Below are positions 11,521 through 22,886 of a stretch of DNA of 64,000 nt, piece by piece. The DNA is from an uncultured Nitrososphaerales archaeon. GTDB lineage: Archaea > Thermoproteota > Nitrososphaeria > Nitrososphaerales > Nitrososphaeraceae. Position 1 is the stretch's first letter. Each line of letters opens with the position of its first letter. Location: NCBI GenBank assembly GCA_963713605.1, contig CAVQMO010000001.1, positions 288,001-352,000 of the forward strand. The letters are read 5' to 3'. Under the pieces are notes generated by a model. That model made no database searches. It was not told the origin of the DNA and saw nothing but the letters and a program-made list of their open reading frames with translations. The translations under genes were made by a program, and so were the position numbers.

Positions 11521-12075
11521 TTGAGCAGCTTTCGCAGAAGTAGAGGATATAGTTACGAGCATTCCTTGGTACAACGTCTCAATATTGGAGACTGGTGTGC
11601 GAGAAGACTCGGAGGATCTAGTGCTGGCCTTCCTGACATAGTCGCAGTTAATAACAAGAAGTCGGTTCTGTTGTCCATAGAAGCCAAGTCAGGCACAGGT
11701 GATGCTCTCTATATACCTCAAGATCAGATTCGAAGGTGCATCTTAATTCAGAACATGTTTGGCTATTACAAGCGTAGATATACGATATTTGCATTCAAGT
11801 TTATGAAGAAAAAGCGTTACGTTAGGAAGGGACAAACTGTATATGAGCCTCGGAAACTTGTGGAATATTACAAATCAATTGAAAAAGTAGGAAATATCGA
11901 AGACATCTCCACGATCAAGTGCACCTACGATGGAAAAACTTACGAGTTTAGAAATGAAAAATTCATTGAATCAAATCTTCCTGAATTCCATATGCCCTTC
12001 CTTGGTGTTCCCCGTAGTCAAAGTCGGTCTTCAATCACAGTACCAATTATGAAAAGGACTTCAATGGGTGCTTGA
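11521..12075 (+). CDS. hjc: Holliday junction resolvase Hjc-like nuclease
   Basis: RGYSYE...RLGGSSAGLPDIVAV...SIEAKS. Confidence 0.8.
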   Translation: MSSFRRSRGYSYEHSLVQRLNIGDWCARRLGGSSAGLPDIVAVNNKKSVLLSIEAKSGTGDALYIPQDQIRRCILIQNMFGYYKRRYTIFAFKFMKKKRYVRKGQTVYEPRKLVEYYKSIEKVGNIEDISTIKCTYDGKTYEFRNEKFIESNLPEFHMPFLGVPRSQSRSSITVPIMKRTSMGA

Positions 12076-12238
12076 TTTTTGGAGGAGGTTTGTCCAATTT
12101 GCTTCAGGTTCCTCGCAACCATCTATGACAAAAAAAGAATCAAAAAGGTTAGGGAGTTTTCGCCCGAGGTAACCGACAGAATTTGTAATTCAATCTACCA
12201 CAAGAAGCTTACAGACGGGTTTAGCTCGAAGTAAACAT

Positions 12239-12466
12239 TCAGTGTGATGTGCAAAGTCTACAATTAATGTATATCTCACCGTCGAGATGATTGAAGTGAG
12301 TTCCACAAGCTAGACAAGTGTGATGGATATCATCGTAGCCATCAGAAGCTCTAAAAGTAAAACTCATCAATTTTGTTTCTTTGCATTTAATACATCTACA
12401 TCCGCATATGATGCTATCCAATTCCATATCACCTATGTTACTGTTCAGTATTTGTGCTTCAATCAA
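12239..12466 (-). CDS. small Cys/His-rich putative Zn-binding protein
   Basis: CGCRCIKC, HHTCLAC, HFNH, CRLC. Confidence 0.7.
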   Translation of the reverse strand: MIEAQILNSNIGDMELDSIICGCRCIKCKETKLMSFTFRASDGYDDIHHTCLACGTHFNHLDGEIYINCRLCTSH

Positions 12467-12509
12467 GTAACTCTTCGATGCCGTTGCAGGTTCTTGAATA
12501 CTGCTGTAA

Positions 12510-13031
12510 TCACCGGCCCTTATCTTTGCCTTTTTTAAACAAAAAGAATAGGATCACAAGTATTATAGCTATTATGATATAGTTAACTGGCGGGCTTATC
12601 GCTTTGGTTACTAAGCCTAGTTTTGGAATGTCTATAACTACCTTCCCAACGTAATTTGATTCATAAATGGGGAAGTCTATACCGGGGATAGACCCCGAGT
12701 TAGCGTCGCCTTTCGTAACGACTACGAGGTTCTCTTCCGGATCAGTCAAGATCTCGTTAACTCGATGCACGATAGCATCCGCTTCTTCACCATCAGGTAC
12801 TGGTTCTTTAAAGACTATGATGTCACCTTTATTCAATTCGTCAAAAGGGATGTTGTGGCTCACGACCACAAAGTCTCCCACATTCAGTCTCGGTACCATG
12901 CTTTCGCTAGCTACAACATAAAAAGGGTTTATCACGCCAAAGGATAGTCTGATTGCTACCCAAACAAGAGCCACTATAACCACTGCAATTATAATATACT
13001 TTAATTCCTTAGGAAAATTTAGCTTCCCCAT
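12510..13031 (-). CDS. signal peptidase I (S26)
   Basis: VVASESMVP, IVHRV, TKGDAN; two TM segments. Confidence 0.95.
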   Translation of the reverse strand: MGKLNFPKELKYIIIAVVIVALVWVAIRLSFGVINPFYVVASESMVPRLNVGDFVVVSHNIPFDELNKGDIIVFKEPVPDGEEADAIVHRVNEILTDPEENLVVVTKGDANSGSIPGIDFPIYESNYVGKVVIDIPKLGLVTKAISPPVNYIIIAIILVILFFLFKKGKDKGR

Positions 13032-13283
13032 AACCTCTTCATCATATCAGATTATGCTTGAAATATAAGTGTAAGAGTCTTTAATTGAAATGTTAGTAGG
13101 TTTTTTAGCGTAGGCTAGACTTGCACAAGAATCATATAAGCGAGATTTTAGGGCAAGTCTTCAAGTCCAGGGATTGTATGCATGCTAACTAAAGGTCGAT
13201 TCTTGCCGCCGAACAGCCAGTTCATTCCATTCTCATTTCCCTTCCACAAACAATATATGGTTTTTGCGTGGAAGTAAGATAAA

Positions 13284-15123
13284 TTGAAAACGAGAAAAGA
13301 TGCTAGTCATTCTCATCAAAAACATATACCTAAACCCCGGCCCAATCCTCGCTGGGGGAAGGAGGAGGAAACTAATATTTTTGCTGAGAAAGTAAAGTTA
13401 TTCAGGACTGGCAAACTGTCAGAGGATGAATTCCGCAGATTTCGATTACAACACGGCGCCTATGGCTCACGTCTCCAAATGGATTACAGTATGGTAAGGA
13501 TTAAGGTTCCTGGCGGTGAGATACTTCCAATACAACTAGAAAAACTAGCGTCTCTGTCAGAATCATTTTCGATCGGATCAGCACATGTATCTACCAGGCA
13601 AAATATTCAGCTACATTGGGTTCAGCTTGAAGATGTTAGCGAGGTGATGAGAGGATTGGTTGAAGTTGGCCTCACGACTCGAGAGGCTTGTGGTAACACA
13701 GTTAGGAATGTGATGTGTAGCCACCTTGCGGGAGTCTGTCCAGATGAGGAATTTGATTCTACGCCTTATTCGAAGGCAATAGCGCGCTTCTTCCTACGTA
13801 ATCCAATGTGCCAAAACCTACCTAGGAAGTTTAAAATCAACTTCGCGTGCTGTGAGACGCATGGACTAGTTAGAATTGCAGATATCGGTCTTGTTCCGAT
13901 GACAAAAGATGGCTCACGAGGCTTTAGGATCTATCTCGGAGGAGGTTTAGGTGCTGCTTCCTTTATAGGTCATTTGCTAGAAGAGTTCACGTCGGAGGAA
14001 AAGCTCTTGGCCACGTGTATGGCAGTCATTAGACTCTTTGACAGGAATGGGAACAGAGAAAATATGGCTAGGAATAGAATGCGGTATCTGGTAAATGAAA
14101 TGGGATGGGATAAATTCCAAAAGATGGTGCTCAAAGAAAGGTCTATAGTCATGATGACAACTGCTCACAGCACGGAAATTATGTTCAATTTGACCGCCGA
14201 AGAAGACGATCAATATTTGCCCAAGGAAAATCGTAGCGGGACTAAACTGCGAATGTATATTGAACGAGATTCGTCTAGCACTAGTGCATATGAGAGATGG
14301 GTTCACTCCAATGTGATCGCTCAGAAACAGACTGGATATTACACGGTATTTGTCACACTCGGTGCTGGTGACGTAACCGCTAACCAGTTGCGAGTATTGG
14401 CTGGGACTATCCGCGAACTATCGATGGAAGGTGCAGCTAGAAATACTCCACAACAGAATTTCGCTATCAGATACGTGAATGGCAATGATTTACCTGAATT
14501 CTACAACCGATTGGCATCAGTGGGATTGTCAAATCCGGGAGCTTTGACTATTACGTCTGCAGTCGGCTGTTCTGGGACTACATCTTGTAATTTAGCCATA
14601 ACGAACTCGCATCGTTTGGCCAAAGAGATCCAGTACAAGTTCTTGGAATTAGGTCTAGATACTGATGATATGCTCCTTGATAGCACGATCAAAATTAGTG
14701 GATGTCCAAACTCATGTGGACAACATGAGATAGCGACTATCGGTTTCTTTGGTGGTGCTTCTAGGATAGGCAGTGTAATGGCACCGACTTACACTATGAT
14801 GTTTGGAGGCTCGGCAGGAGAAAGAGGAGAATTAGGGCGCGTCATAATGCGTGTTCCTGCAAAGCGAGTAATTGATACAGTTCTCAAAATAATAGAAATC
14901 TACAGGAGCGAGCACGGTGAAGGTGAAACACTTCGCTACTGGCTAGACAAAGTATTGAAAGGTGAAGCAATCGGCTCTATCCATGACATCGAAGACATCA
15001 AGAGAGCATTAGCTGGCTGTTGTGCAGCTTCCACCAGCAGATCAGCAACCTGAAGCGTACCAGGATTACGGGAGTGATGCAAGATTTACAGCAAGAACGG
15101 CTAGAGGTGAATGTGCCGCTTAG
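13284..15123 (+). CDS. sir: ferredoxin nitrite/sulfite reductase (siroheme); frameshift near 15015, corrected C-terminus ...ARTARGECAA
   Basis: STRQNIQLH, ACGNTVRN, LPRKFK, GCSGTTSCNLA, SGCPNSC; the alternative frame continues to TAG at 15123. Confidence 0.9.
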
Positions 15124-15153
15124 TTTGGTATCAGTTTGGTATTAGTTTGGTAT
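15121..15153 (+). repeat. 3 x 11-bp tandem repeat (Y)AGTTTGGTAT
   Basis: TAGTTTGGTAT CAGTTTGGTAT TAGTTTGGTAT. Confidence 0.9.
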
Positions 15154-16027
15154 GACGTCGAAAAAGGCTTTGTCCATGGATAGTCAAAAACAGGACAATA
15201 CACTCCCAGGCAGAGGTAGTGGTCTAAAATCTGAGTATTATTCAATTCCCGACACTGTCTGTGATGTTGACACCCTTTCCACATTGATGAGAAAAAAGAA
15301 CGTAAGAGTTGTAGATGTACGGAAGGATGAGGAATATGCTAGGGAACACATACCAGGGGCAGTTTCGTTGCCGTTAGCTAAAATCTTGGAGAAAGAAAGC
15401 CCAGCACGGTGCATTGAACTGTTGCAAGACATCGGAGTGAACGAGGGCCTCCCCGTGGTTACGTATGACGATACGTTCGGCGCGTTGGCTGCACGAGTCG
15501 CATGGACATTTCAATATGTAGGTCATCAACATTCATCAATTTTGGAAATCACGTTCTCTCAGTGGAAAAGTATGGGATTTCGCACTGAGAAAAAGTTAAA
15601 CAGTTACAAATGGCAATTTCATCCCCTAAGAATAAATGAATCGATATATGCTGACCTCGCCTACGTTGAAAAAGTAGCCTCAAATAAGGTGCTAATTGAT
15701 TCGAGAGAGCGACTTAACTTTCTTACTGAACATATTCCTGAAGCAGTGAATGTTCCGTACACTATGCTTAGAGCTGACGGGAAAGTTTTGAGCAAAGGTG
15801 ATGATATTAGACGTTTGTTGCAAAATAGAGGCATACATGAAGATTCAGAACTTGTAACTTACTGCGGCAGCGTTGGCACATTGTCGGGTTTAGTATATTA
15901 TGGACTTAAACTTGCTGGCCTGAAAAATGTAAGATTGTATGCAAGGTCATTTAAGGAATGGAAAGCGTTAGGCAAGCCAAAGGCAGAATTCAAAGACGCC
16001 AACTATTGGGATCTATCCGCAGAGTAA
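15152..16027 (+). CDS. two-domain rhodanese / sulfurtransferase
   Basis: VVDVR..EEY..EHIPGAV, second domain YCGSVG, Y.RSF.EW. Confidence 0.92.
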   Translation: MTSKKALSMDSQKQDNTLPGRGSGLKSEYYSIPDTVCDVDTLSTLMRKKNVRVVDVRKDEEYAREHIPGAVSLPLAKILEKESPARCIELLQDIGVNEGLPVVTYDDTFGALAARVAWTFQYVGHQHSSILEITFSQWKSMGFRTEKKLNSYKWQFHPLRINESIYADLAYVEKVASNKVLIDSRERLNFLTEHIPEAVNVPYTMLRADGKVLSKGDDIRRLLQNRGIHEDSELVTYCGSVGTLSGLVYYGLKLAGLKNVRLYARSFKEWKALGKPKAEFKDANYWDLSAE

Positions 16028-16131
16028 TGCCGTCTCAATAGGATTCTCGCCTGAGTGGGCCGACATTAGTGCAAATCCTGCTGCATCGCTTTCACCCAAT
16101 CATTGCCCATCTGACTCCGATATTTTTCATG

Positions 16132-16555
16132 TCAATCCGCAGGTGATGTGTAAGTCAACCAGTCAATCACTTGTTGTATTGGTTGGCATTGAACCTGTAT
16201 TCTAAGCCCACCCAGAGGTGACTCGCTCTCTCTGTCTATCAAGGCCACCACTCCTGCGGCCGCAGCTTGCTTATTCAAAAGAAATGAGGTAGTGTTTCCA
16301 TCTAGGTTGTTGATCAGCATTCTTCTTAGTACCCGAGAAAGATCTCCGTGACTTAACTTGCTCGTATACGATCGAAAGAGATTCAACTTGATTGGACGTT
16401 CCCACCAAAATACCTTGCCTCTCTATATTTGTTGTAGATAGCCGAACTATGTTTTTAAGTGCCGCTTCCAGCCTATCTGCAGATTCAGTCCGATGAATAT
16501 GTGCTTGTACAGTTAGGCGAAAAGAAGAACATTGTGGAGGTTTTTTCAATCTCAC
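16132..16555 (-). CDS. DUF54 family RNA-binding protein (frameshifted)
   Basis: IHRTES in the first fragment; LNKQAA and ESPLG..IDWLT in the second. Confidence 0.8.
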
Positions 16556-16721
16556 AATTTAGATGATTTCGGAGAATATATTTGAACTTCTATACTCAGA
16601 GTCAACAGAATATATGATCCAGGGAATCGTCGCAGTCGTTTTGATTTTCTTTCTCTAATTTTTCAACACTCGCTTCATATATTATATATGTGAGCCAATA
16701 CTTTCAGATCCGGTATATTCT

Positions 16722-17796
16722 ATGTCGAGAAAAGTCCGTGTTGCTATTGCTGGGATCGGGAATTGTGCTTCCGCCCTTATTCAAGGAATTCACTACTATG
16801 CTGCGAATTGGTCTGACACTATTGGCCTAACCGCATATTCACTTGGTGGAATTGATCCTGGTGATATCGAATTTGTTGCAGCATTTGACGTCACAGAGGG
16901 TAAGGTGGGCAAGGATCTTTCGGAGGCGATATATGCAGAACCCAATAATACGCCGAATATAATTGATGGGCTAGACAAGCTAGATGTTAGAGTTGAGAAA
17001 GGTTCTGTCCTTGACGGCCTTGGTAAGCATTACCTAGAAAAAATAAAGGTCTCAGATGCCCCAGATACTGATGTAGCAGGCATTCTAAAAGACAGCGGAG
17101 CTGAAATACTCTTGAACTACCTTCCAGTTGGAAGCAGGCTCGCTACTCAATTCTATGCTGAGCAGTGTCTAGAGACTCGAAAAGTGTCGTTCATAAATGC
17201 TATCCCCGTTTTTATCGCCTCGGCTGCTAAATGGCAGCAGTCATTTGAGGGCGAGCGGGCTGGTTTGCGCAGGGGATGATGTTATGAGTCAACTTGGTGC
17301 AACTGTGGTACACAAAAGCCTAGTAAAGTTGTTCGTCGATAGAGGAGTCAAAATTGATGACACTTATCAGCTAAATGTAGGCGGAGACATGGACTTCTAT
17401 AATATGCTTGATGAAGATAGGTTAGAAGATAAGAGAATTAGCAAGACTTCTGCAGTTCAGGCAATGTCGCCGTATCCTATTCCAACACGCATCGGTCCTT
17501 CCGATTATGTTGGATTTCTCAACAATGACAAGATTTGTTATTTATCAATTAGAGGCAAATACTTTGGCAAAATCCCAGTTGAACTCGATTTGAAGCTAAA
17601 AGTTGTGGATGCGTATAACAGTGCAGGGGTAATGGTAGACGCGATTAGAGGTGTAAAGCTAGCAATGGATAGGAATATTAGCGGTCCGTTAGAGAGTGTG
17701 TCTGCATATTGTTTTAAACATCCGCCGGTTCAAATGCATTACCTAGATGCTAAAGAGAAGTTTTTAGAATTCGTCGAAGGGAAAAGAGATCGATAG
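16722..17796 (+). CDS. ino1: myo-inositol-1-phosphate synthase (frameshift near 17250)
   Basis: AIAGIGNCASAL, NYLPVGS, GDD.MSQLGAT, YQLNVGG.MDF, NSAG. Confidence 0.93.
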
Positions 17797-17868
17797 TAGA
17801 ACACGTCTAGCTTGGAATTGATTTATTTTCCATTCATATAATAGTATGAAATTTGACTATTTCTCATT

Positions 17869-18582
17869 TCATTGAGTACTATTTTCGGTTTCTTGTTTTT
17901 TTATTCTCTCCATCTCTTTGTCGACGGCTTCTCCCATCACATCTAATTCGTTAATTCCATCTATTCTGTGATATGTCAACTTTTCTAGAACGCGGATTAT
18001 ACTCTTAGCCGATCTATATTGAGGAATTTGGGGTTCTTGGATCTCTGCATAAAGCCCAATTGCTTTGATCCCATTTACTTTCGAAAATCCAAGAATTGAT
18101 CCATTAAACCCTGTGATATATGACGGCCTTTCCGTCTTAGAGATTCCCAGACGCGTAATCTGCTCCGTTAGGGCTTGTGAGTTTGTAGTCGCATAGGTCC
18201 TTGGACTCTTTCCAAAATTCGACTCAGAATGAAAGGCCCCACACGTATAGATTATCTGAGCAGAATATTTCTTGGCAACATTGACCACATCATTGCACAG
18301 ATAAGTCAATTCTTCGTTACTCTGAGGTTGTCCGTATCCGCCGCCAAAGAGGATCATATTCTCTCCATAGCAGTAATCCCATCTTTCTGGGTTAAATTCA
18401 ATGTAGCCTCCTCTATCCATGACATAGTTCGGATAATTTGAACATACGGAGCGAAATGGGACCGCTTTAAGACTCTTCTTTAAGAAATCTATCGCGATGC
18501 TTCCTACGTTTCCCATATCCTGCATCGCTGCTATCATGATGGGTCTGTTCACCTCAGGTTCTCTGAAATTGTTTATTTCCAT
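17869..18582 (-). CDS. PAC2 family proteasome assembly chaperone
   Basis: DMGNVGSIA, GQP, ITGFNG.ILG, PQYRSAK. Confidence 0.9.
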   Translation of the reverse strand: MEINNFREPEVNRPIMIAAMQDMGNVGSIAIDFLKKSLKAVPFRSVCSNYPNYVMDRGGYIEFNPERWDYCYGENMILFGGGYGQPQSNEELTYLCNDVVNVAKKYSAQIIYTCGAFHSESNFGKSPRTYATTNSQALTEQITRLGISKTERPSYITGFNGSILGFSKVNGIKAIGLYAEIQEPQIPQYRSAKSIIRVLEKLTYHRIDGINELDVMGEAVDKEMERIKKQETENSTQ

Positions 18583-19072
18583 TGGTCGTTATGTTCATGT
18601 AGTCTCCTTAAGATTATAAAACGTTCTATTCTAGACTAGTGCCTCACGATTGTTAATTGGGATTGGTCACATCAATCCATTTGGGTTCAAAATATTATTC
18701 AGTACGTTTCAATTAAAAAATTTCATGCGCTTGGTACTTTGTGTATAAGCTTTAGTATGGGTTCCATTATATTCAATCGGTTTATCAGACTGGTCTACTG
18801 AGTTGAGAAGGCGCCGTATAACGTTTTCATTCACAAAAAAGGAGATGATTCTTTCGAACTCCCTATCAGTCATATTTCCGCTACGAGACCACCGCTAATG
18901 CTTATATTGGTTATTTCTATCTGATTGACTGATTTCTTATGGCAAATTCTAGTATTGGATTCTATCGAGGTTTGTTTTATCCTACGTTATTTATATATCC
19001 GTTCATCTTATTAGTTGCACCCATTTCCCAATGAGGGTTTTTTGGAAAGTCCTCAAGGGATAGAAACAAAAT

Positions 19073-19513
19073 ATGGTAATAATCATGGATTCTAGTAGAT
19101 CAAATGATGTAGATAACGAAGCAAGATCAGATATGAAAGACGCAGTTTCGTATCTTTTAAGAGGTGGATCTTTGTTGAGCGCACCTTGTGCGAAATGTAG
19201 CGGTGTTCAAATCCAGTACAAGGGTGAGATAATCTGCATAAATTGCGGAAAACAAGAGCCTGTTGACGGAATCATTGTAAAGCCTGCGTCCGAGCACCAA
19301 GTCAGCAATGCGGGAGACCAATCCCACGATGACCCGTCATTTTCGTCTCATCCTTTTGAAGAGAAGATCGGAGAAAGGATAGCTGAACAATTCAAGATCC
19401 TGAAGAGTGAACCCAACGATCTAAATAGTGAGAAACAACGAATCGAACTGATTGGAATGTATCTTGATCTGTTAGATAGACTTAGGAACTATCCAAGGAA
19501 AATTCAAAAATAA
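19073..19513 (+). CDS. UPF0148 / SSSCA1 Zn-ribbon family protein
   Basis: LLRGGSLLSAPCAKC...ICINC. Confidence 0.85.
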   Translation: MVIIMDSSRSNDVDNEARSDMKDAVSYLLRGGSLLSAPCAKCSGVQIQYKGEIICINCGKQEPVDGIIVKPASEHQVSNAGDQSHDDPSFSSHPFEEKIGERIAEQFKILKSEPNDLNSEKQRIELIGMYLDLLDRLRNYPRKIQK

Positions 19514-19637
19514 TGTTACTAGTAGTAAGACTGGGCAAATCAAAGTCCGCTTAGGACAACCGAATATTAGAAAATTCTAATTTCACGCCAAAGCATTTTA
19601 TGAAATTCGTATACTGTCTCAATGATGCAGTTTTGCC

Positions 19638-19922
19638 TTAAACGGCACTGTTATTTTCCCCGTTCACACCACGTAGGGAAGGAGGAGTCTGTAGAATTTC
19701 GGGATCCGTAATAACTTCTTGAGGTGGAAGGTTATAATGCTCTCTCAAATCAGTTTGTTGTCGCATAAGAACATCTTCTGAAAATGAAGGTCCCAGGTAT
19801 CCGAACCAAATATACAGCACAATCACAATTACCAATGATATACCCATTACCAAAATGGACCATGCTACTGGGGTGAGATTCCCATACCCTGCCGATGATT
19901 TCTCATCCGGGTGATTTGACAT
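19638..19922 (-). CDS. hypothetical single-TM protein
   Basis: one hydrophobic helix followed by GYLGPSFS. Confidence 0.7.
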   Translation of the reverse strand: MSNHPDEKSSAGYGNLTPVAWSILVMGISLVIVIVLYIWFGYLGPSFSEDVLMRQQTDLREHYNLPPQEVITDPEILQTPPSLRGVNGENNSAV

Positions 19923-20071
19923 GATAAAGTGAGTAGTATCCCTGTGGTTTTAAAAGCATTTGCCCTCGTTGGCTCAAGACGATGATGACTGTCTTTTTAT
20001 TCGAGCTTGCAATCGGTTCATCTCCCAATAAACAATAAGTAAAGGAGTCTCCAGCAAACAAATAGGTAAGG

Positions 20072-20697
20072 ATGGATCCAACAGGACGCTCAGTACATAG
20101 AGATGACGCACCGATCTCACTTAAGCATCTGTGCACATTGTTGATAAAGGAAATTAACACCGATTCGTTACAAAATCTCCCTGTAAATATCTATCATGAG
20201 GTTACTTCACGCATCGAAACGCTAAGAGGGACTTCAAAGGAATTTCGGCAGAAGAACAAATCGCAAAGGCGCAGACAGAACTACTATTTAGTGCAATAAG
20301 GTTGCTCTTTGAAGCCAGATATGCCAAAATCGTAGCAAGCCAAAAGGCAGACTTTCGTGACAGGCAAAAAAATGAGTTAGAAATAATAGATTATTCCAAT
20401 ATGACCAGGGAAGAGAAATTTGTGCTGGATGGGAGCTTGGAAACAGAGAAAAGAATCGAGATGATCTTCTCGGCCATTCTAACAGGAAGACCGGTAGTTT
20501 TGGACAAAATTTCTAATATGCTAAGCCATAAGTGCGTTCCGGTCAGGTTTATCAAGCCGATTGACCGTTTCATGGGGATAGATATGGTGGCATACGGGCC
20601 ATACGTCGAAGAAGACATTGCACTACTCCCGTCAGAGAATGCTAGAGCTCTAACACAGAATGGTTTTGTAGAGGAAATCCAAATGCTGGCTCCGTAA
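20072..20697 (+). CDS. gins: GINS15-type DNA replication factor (frameshifted around 20230-20300)
   Basis: E..TDSLQNLP..Y, NMT.EE, C-terminal B-domain VRFIKP...FMGID...YGPY..EDIA.LP.ENA..L. Confidence 0.8.
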
Positions 20698-20772
20698 TTA
20701 CGATTGCTCGCCAAACAGCTGGGCTTGAGTAACGCAAATATTCTTCATGGACCCTAAATAAGGCAATCGAGA

Positions 20773-21060
20773 ATGACGCACAATGGGGTTGACATCGATC
20801 AATTCTTACTTCTTGCGATTTACCCGACTGTGGCTTTCTTCGTGGTGGGCTACCTGGGAAAGAAGTTTGCTTTATCCGATTTCTTAAAGTACGGTCTTCA
20901 ATCTTTAACTAGCTTTGCATTTTCCATTTCATACTTCATCCTGGTTCCTAACGGAAATGCACAGGGTGTTGCAGTAGTTCTTCTACTATTTGGCATACTC
21001 CTTCTCGTTATAGCTAGAAAGCACAAACTGGATTCACAGATTTTCAAACCTCAGGTTTAA
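20773..21060 (+). CDS. hypothetical membrane protein
   Basis: three hydrophobic segments. Confidence 0.7.
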   Translation: MTHNGVDIDQFLLLAIYPTVAFFVVGYLGKKFALSDFLKYGLQSLTSFAFSISYFILVPNGNAQGVAVVLLLFGILLLVIARKHKLDSQIFKPQV

Positions 21061-21279
21061 AGGTGGCTGAGAATCTCAATTTTGAAGACGTCCATTCGAA
21101 TCGGTACCTGAGAATCAATTTGTTCCATAATGTCTCCGGTGTTGGGCATGTTCGGTTATGGATTCTTTTCTGGAGGTTGTATGTTCATCTCATGCTACCG
21201 AAAGTCATTCGAAAATGATGTGATGTCATAGTTGCGCGACCTAAAAGGATTAATACACCGATTATGCCTTAAATTACTG

Positions 21280-21525
21280 ATGCCAACAGCTTATGTGCTT
21301 ATCAATTGCGACCTCGGTTCAGAGGAGGAAATTCTAAAGGAGCTGAGGAGATTAAATGAGGTTGTTGAATTAAGCGGAGTATACGGCGTTTATGATATTA
21401 TAGTGAAGATAAGGGCCGATTCTATGGATAAACTGAGAGAAACGATAACTTGGCATGTTAGGAGAATCGATAAGGTCAGATCAACTCTTACAATGATAGT
21501 AATTGAAGGGCAAGGAAATAAGTAA
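21280..21525 (+). CDS. Lrp/AsnC ligand-binding (RAM) domain protein
   Basis: AYVLINC..G.E, VYGVYDIIVKI, RSTLTMIV. Confidence 0.93.
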   Translation: MPTAYVLINCDLGSEEEILKELRRLNEVVELSGVYGVYDIIVKIRADSMDKLRETITWHVRRIDKVRSTLTMIVIEGQGNK

Positions 21526-21638
21526 AGTCTCAGCCAGAACTTCTATACAAAGGTCCGAAATGGAGGCTTTTCACGCATTACAGTTCCGACTATCAACTCA
21601 ATACGATAAGCTGACTGGATATTTTGGGCATCATTTCC

Positions 21639-22058
21639 TCAGAGCTTGATATCAATGATCCTAAACCCTATTACCAATGCGATTCCTATTATTATGAATC
21701 CAGCTGCTATTAATGCACCTTGATTCTTAATTGGTGTTTGGGAGATTCCCCCTTTATAGAGTAGGTAAACCCCGCTCGTCCCAAGTAGAAAAATAATGAT
21801 CATGACCGCTGTTTCAGCAACCGTCTGAATAGATCTTGACGGTATTATAAAAGAGCCTGATAGCCTTCCGGATCCTTCAAGAATAGAATTGAACAAGCCC
21901 GATCCTAGCGCAAAGAAAAACACGAGATAAATAAATGACGCAACCAAAATTGCCTTATTTGAACTCATTGGCATTTTATTGTCAACTAGAGAATGACTAT
22001 TTATAAATGTCTTTTTAGCCAGATTCAACCGATGATCAGCCGTAATTGTGCTGGTCAA
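21639..22058 (-). CDS. three-TM membrane protein resembling OSTC/DC2 (OST3/OST6 family)
   Basis: F..GSGLFNSILEG...FI.PSRSIQTVAE....F.LG..G...L...GF......IKL pattern; start may be a later Met. Confidence 0.5.
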   Translation of the reverse strand: MTSTITADHRLNLAKKTFINSHSLVDNKMPMSSNKAILVASFIYLVFFFALGSGLFNSILEGSGRLSGSFIIPSRSIQTVAETAVMIIIFLLGTSGVYLLYKGGISQTPIKNQGALIAAGFIIIGIALVIGFRIIDIKL

Positions 22059-22714
22059 GGGCTCGCAGAACTTTGACTGGCTAATATTGCCAATGCTCTG
22101 ACAGGAGAACCCGAAGCTCCCTTTAATTTAAGCGGATTGATTAGCAGGGTGAATGTGTCTTTGTGTTCTAGACTCCCAAGATTACATAAATTCTCTACGA
22201 TCAAGATACCTTTTCCTAGCAGGGTTTTGTGAGCAGAGAAATGCTCATCTGAACCAATATCGATACTCGGACCATCTATTCCTACGGCGTTTACTTTCTT
22301 CTCTGCCAAAAACTCAGCAGCAGCCACTGATAAACCAGGATTGCTTATCATGTAATCCTTGTTATTTATCATGTTCTGCCAGCCAGTTCTGAACACGATC
22401 GACATACCACGATCTATTTCGTTGATATCACGCAAATCATCAAGAGTTATCAATTCGTTTATGCCTTTAGGCATGTGCAACAGTAGGGCAGGACCTACAA
22501 ATCGCTCTACCCCGATCATATCTATACTCTCAGTATCCTTTACGAAATGGGATGGAGCATCCAAATGAGTTCCAGTATGAGTACTCATCATCATGATTTC
22601 TGAATCATAGGAATGCACATCATATTTTGTCCACTTCATGAATAGAGGTTGAGGAGAACCTGGAAACACTTGCAAATTTGCATTTATTTCAAGCGACAAA
22701 TCTAGCACCTGCAT
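22055..22714 (-). CDS. cyclase family metal hydrolase (kynurenine formamidase-like)
   Basis: HTGTHLDAPSHF, VGIDGPS, IVENL, GASGSPVRA. Confidence 0.93.
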   Translation of the reverse strand: MQVLDLSLEINANLQVFPGSPQPLFMKWTKYDVHSYDSEIMMMSTHTGTHLDAPSHFVKDTESIDMIGVERFVGPALLLHMPKGINELITLDDLRDINEIDRGMSIVFRTGWQNMINNKDYMISNPGLSVAAAEFLAEKKVNAVGIDGPSIDIGSDEHFSAHKTLLGKGILIVENLCNLGSLEHKDTFTLLINPLKLKGASGSPVRALAILASQSSASP

Positions 22715-22886
22715 CTACCAAATCTGTCATGTTATTTCCACTACTGATTTTTAAATCGTATTAAGCCAATTCGGCAAAGAACATTGTTATTTTTTTCTCT
22801 ATTTTCGAGATGTCATGTGGTTATGGTAAATTCATTGCCTACGATCTACTTCAATGCATAACAAAGATCGTCAAAATATGGATTAC

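Noticed and set aside
16722..17796. Programmed ribosomal frameshifting in ino1 and other split genes
   Set aside because: No shared slippery motif is apparent, and the breaks are too numerous. Sequencing error is more parsimonious.
18760..18875. Possible 34-aa minus-strand ORF (MTDREFERIISFF...)
   Set aside because: Too short, with no motif or other supporting evidence.
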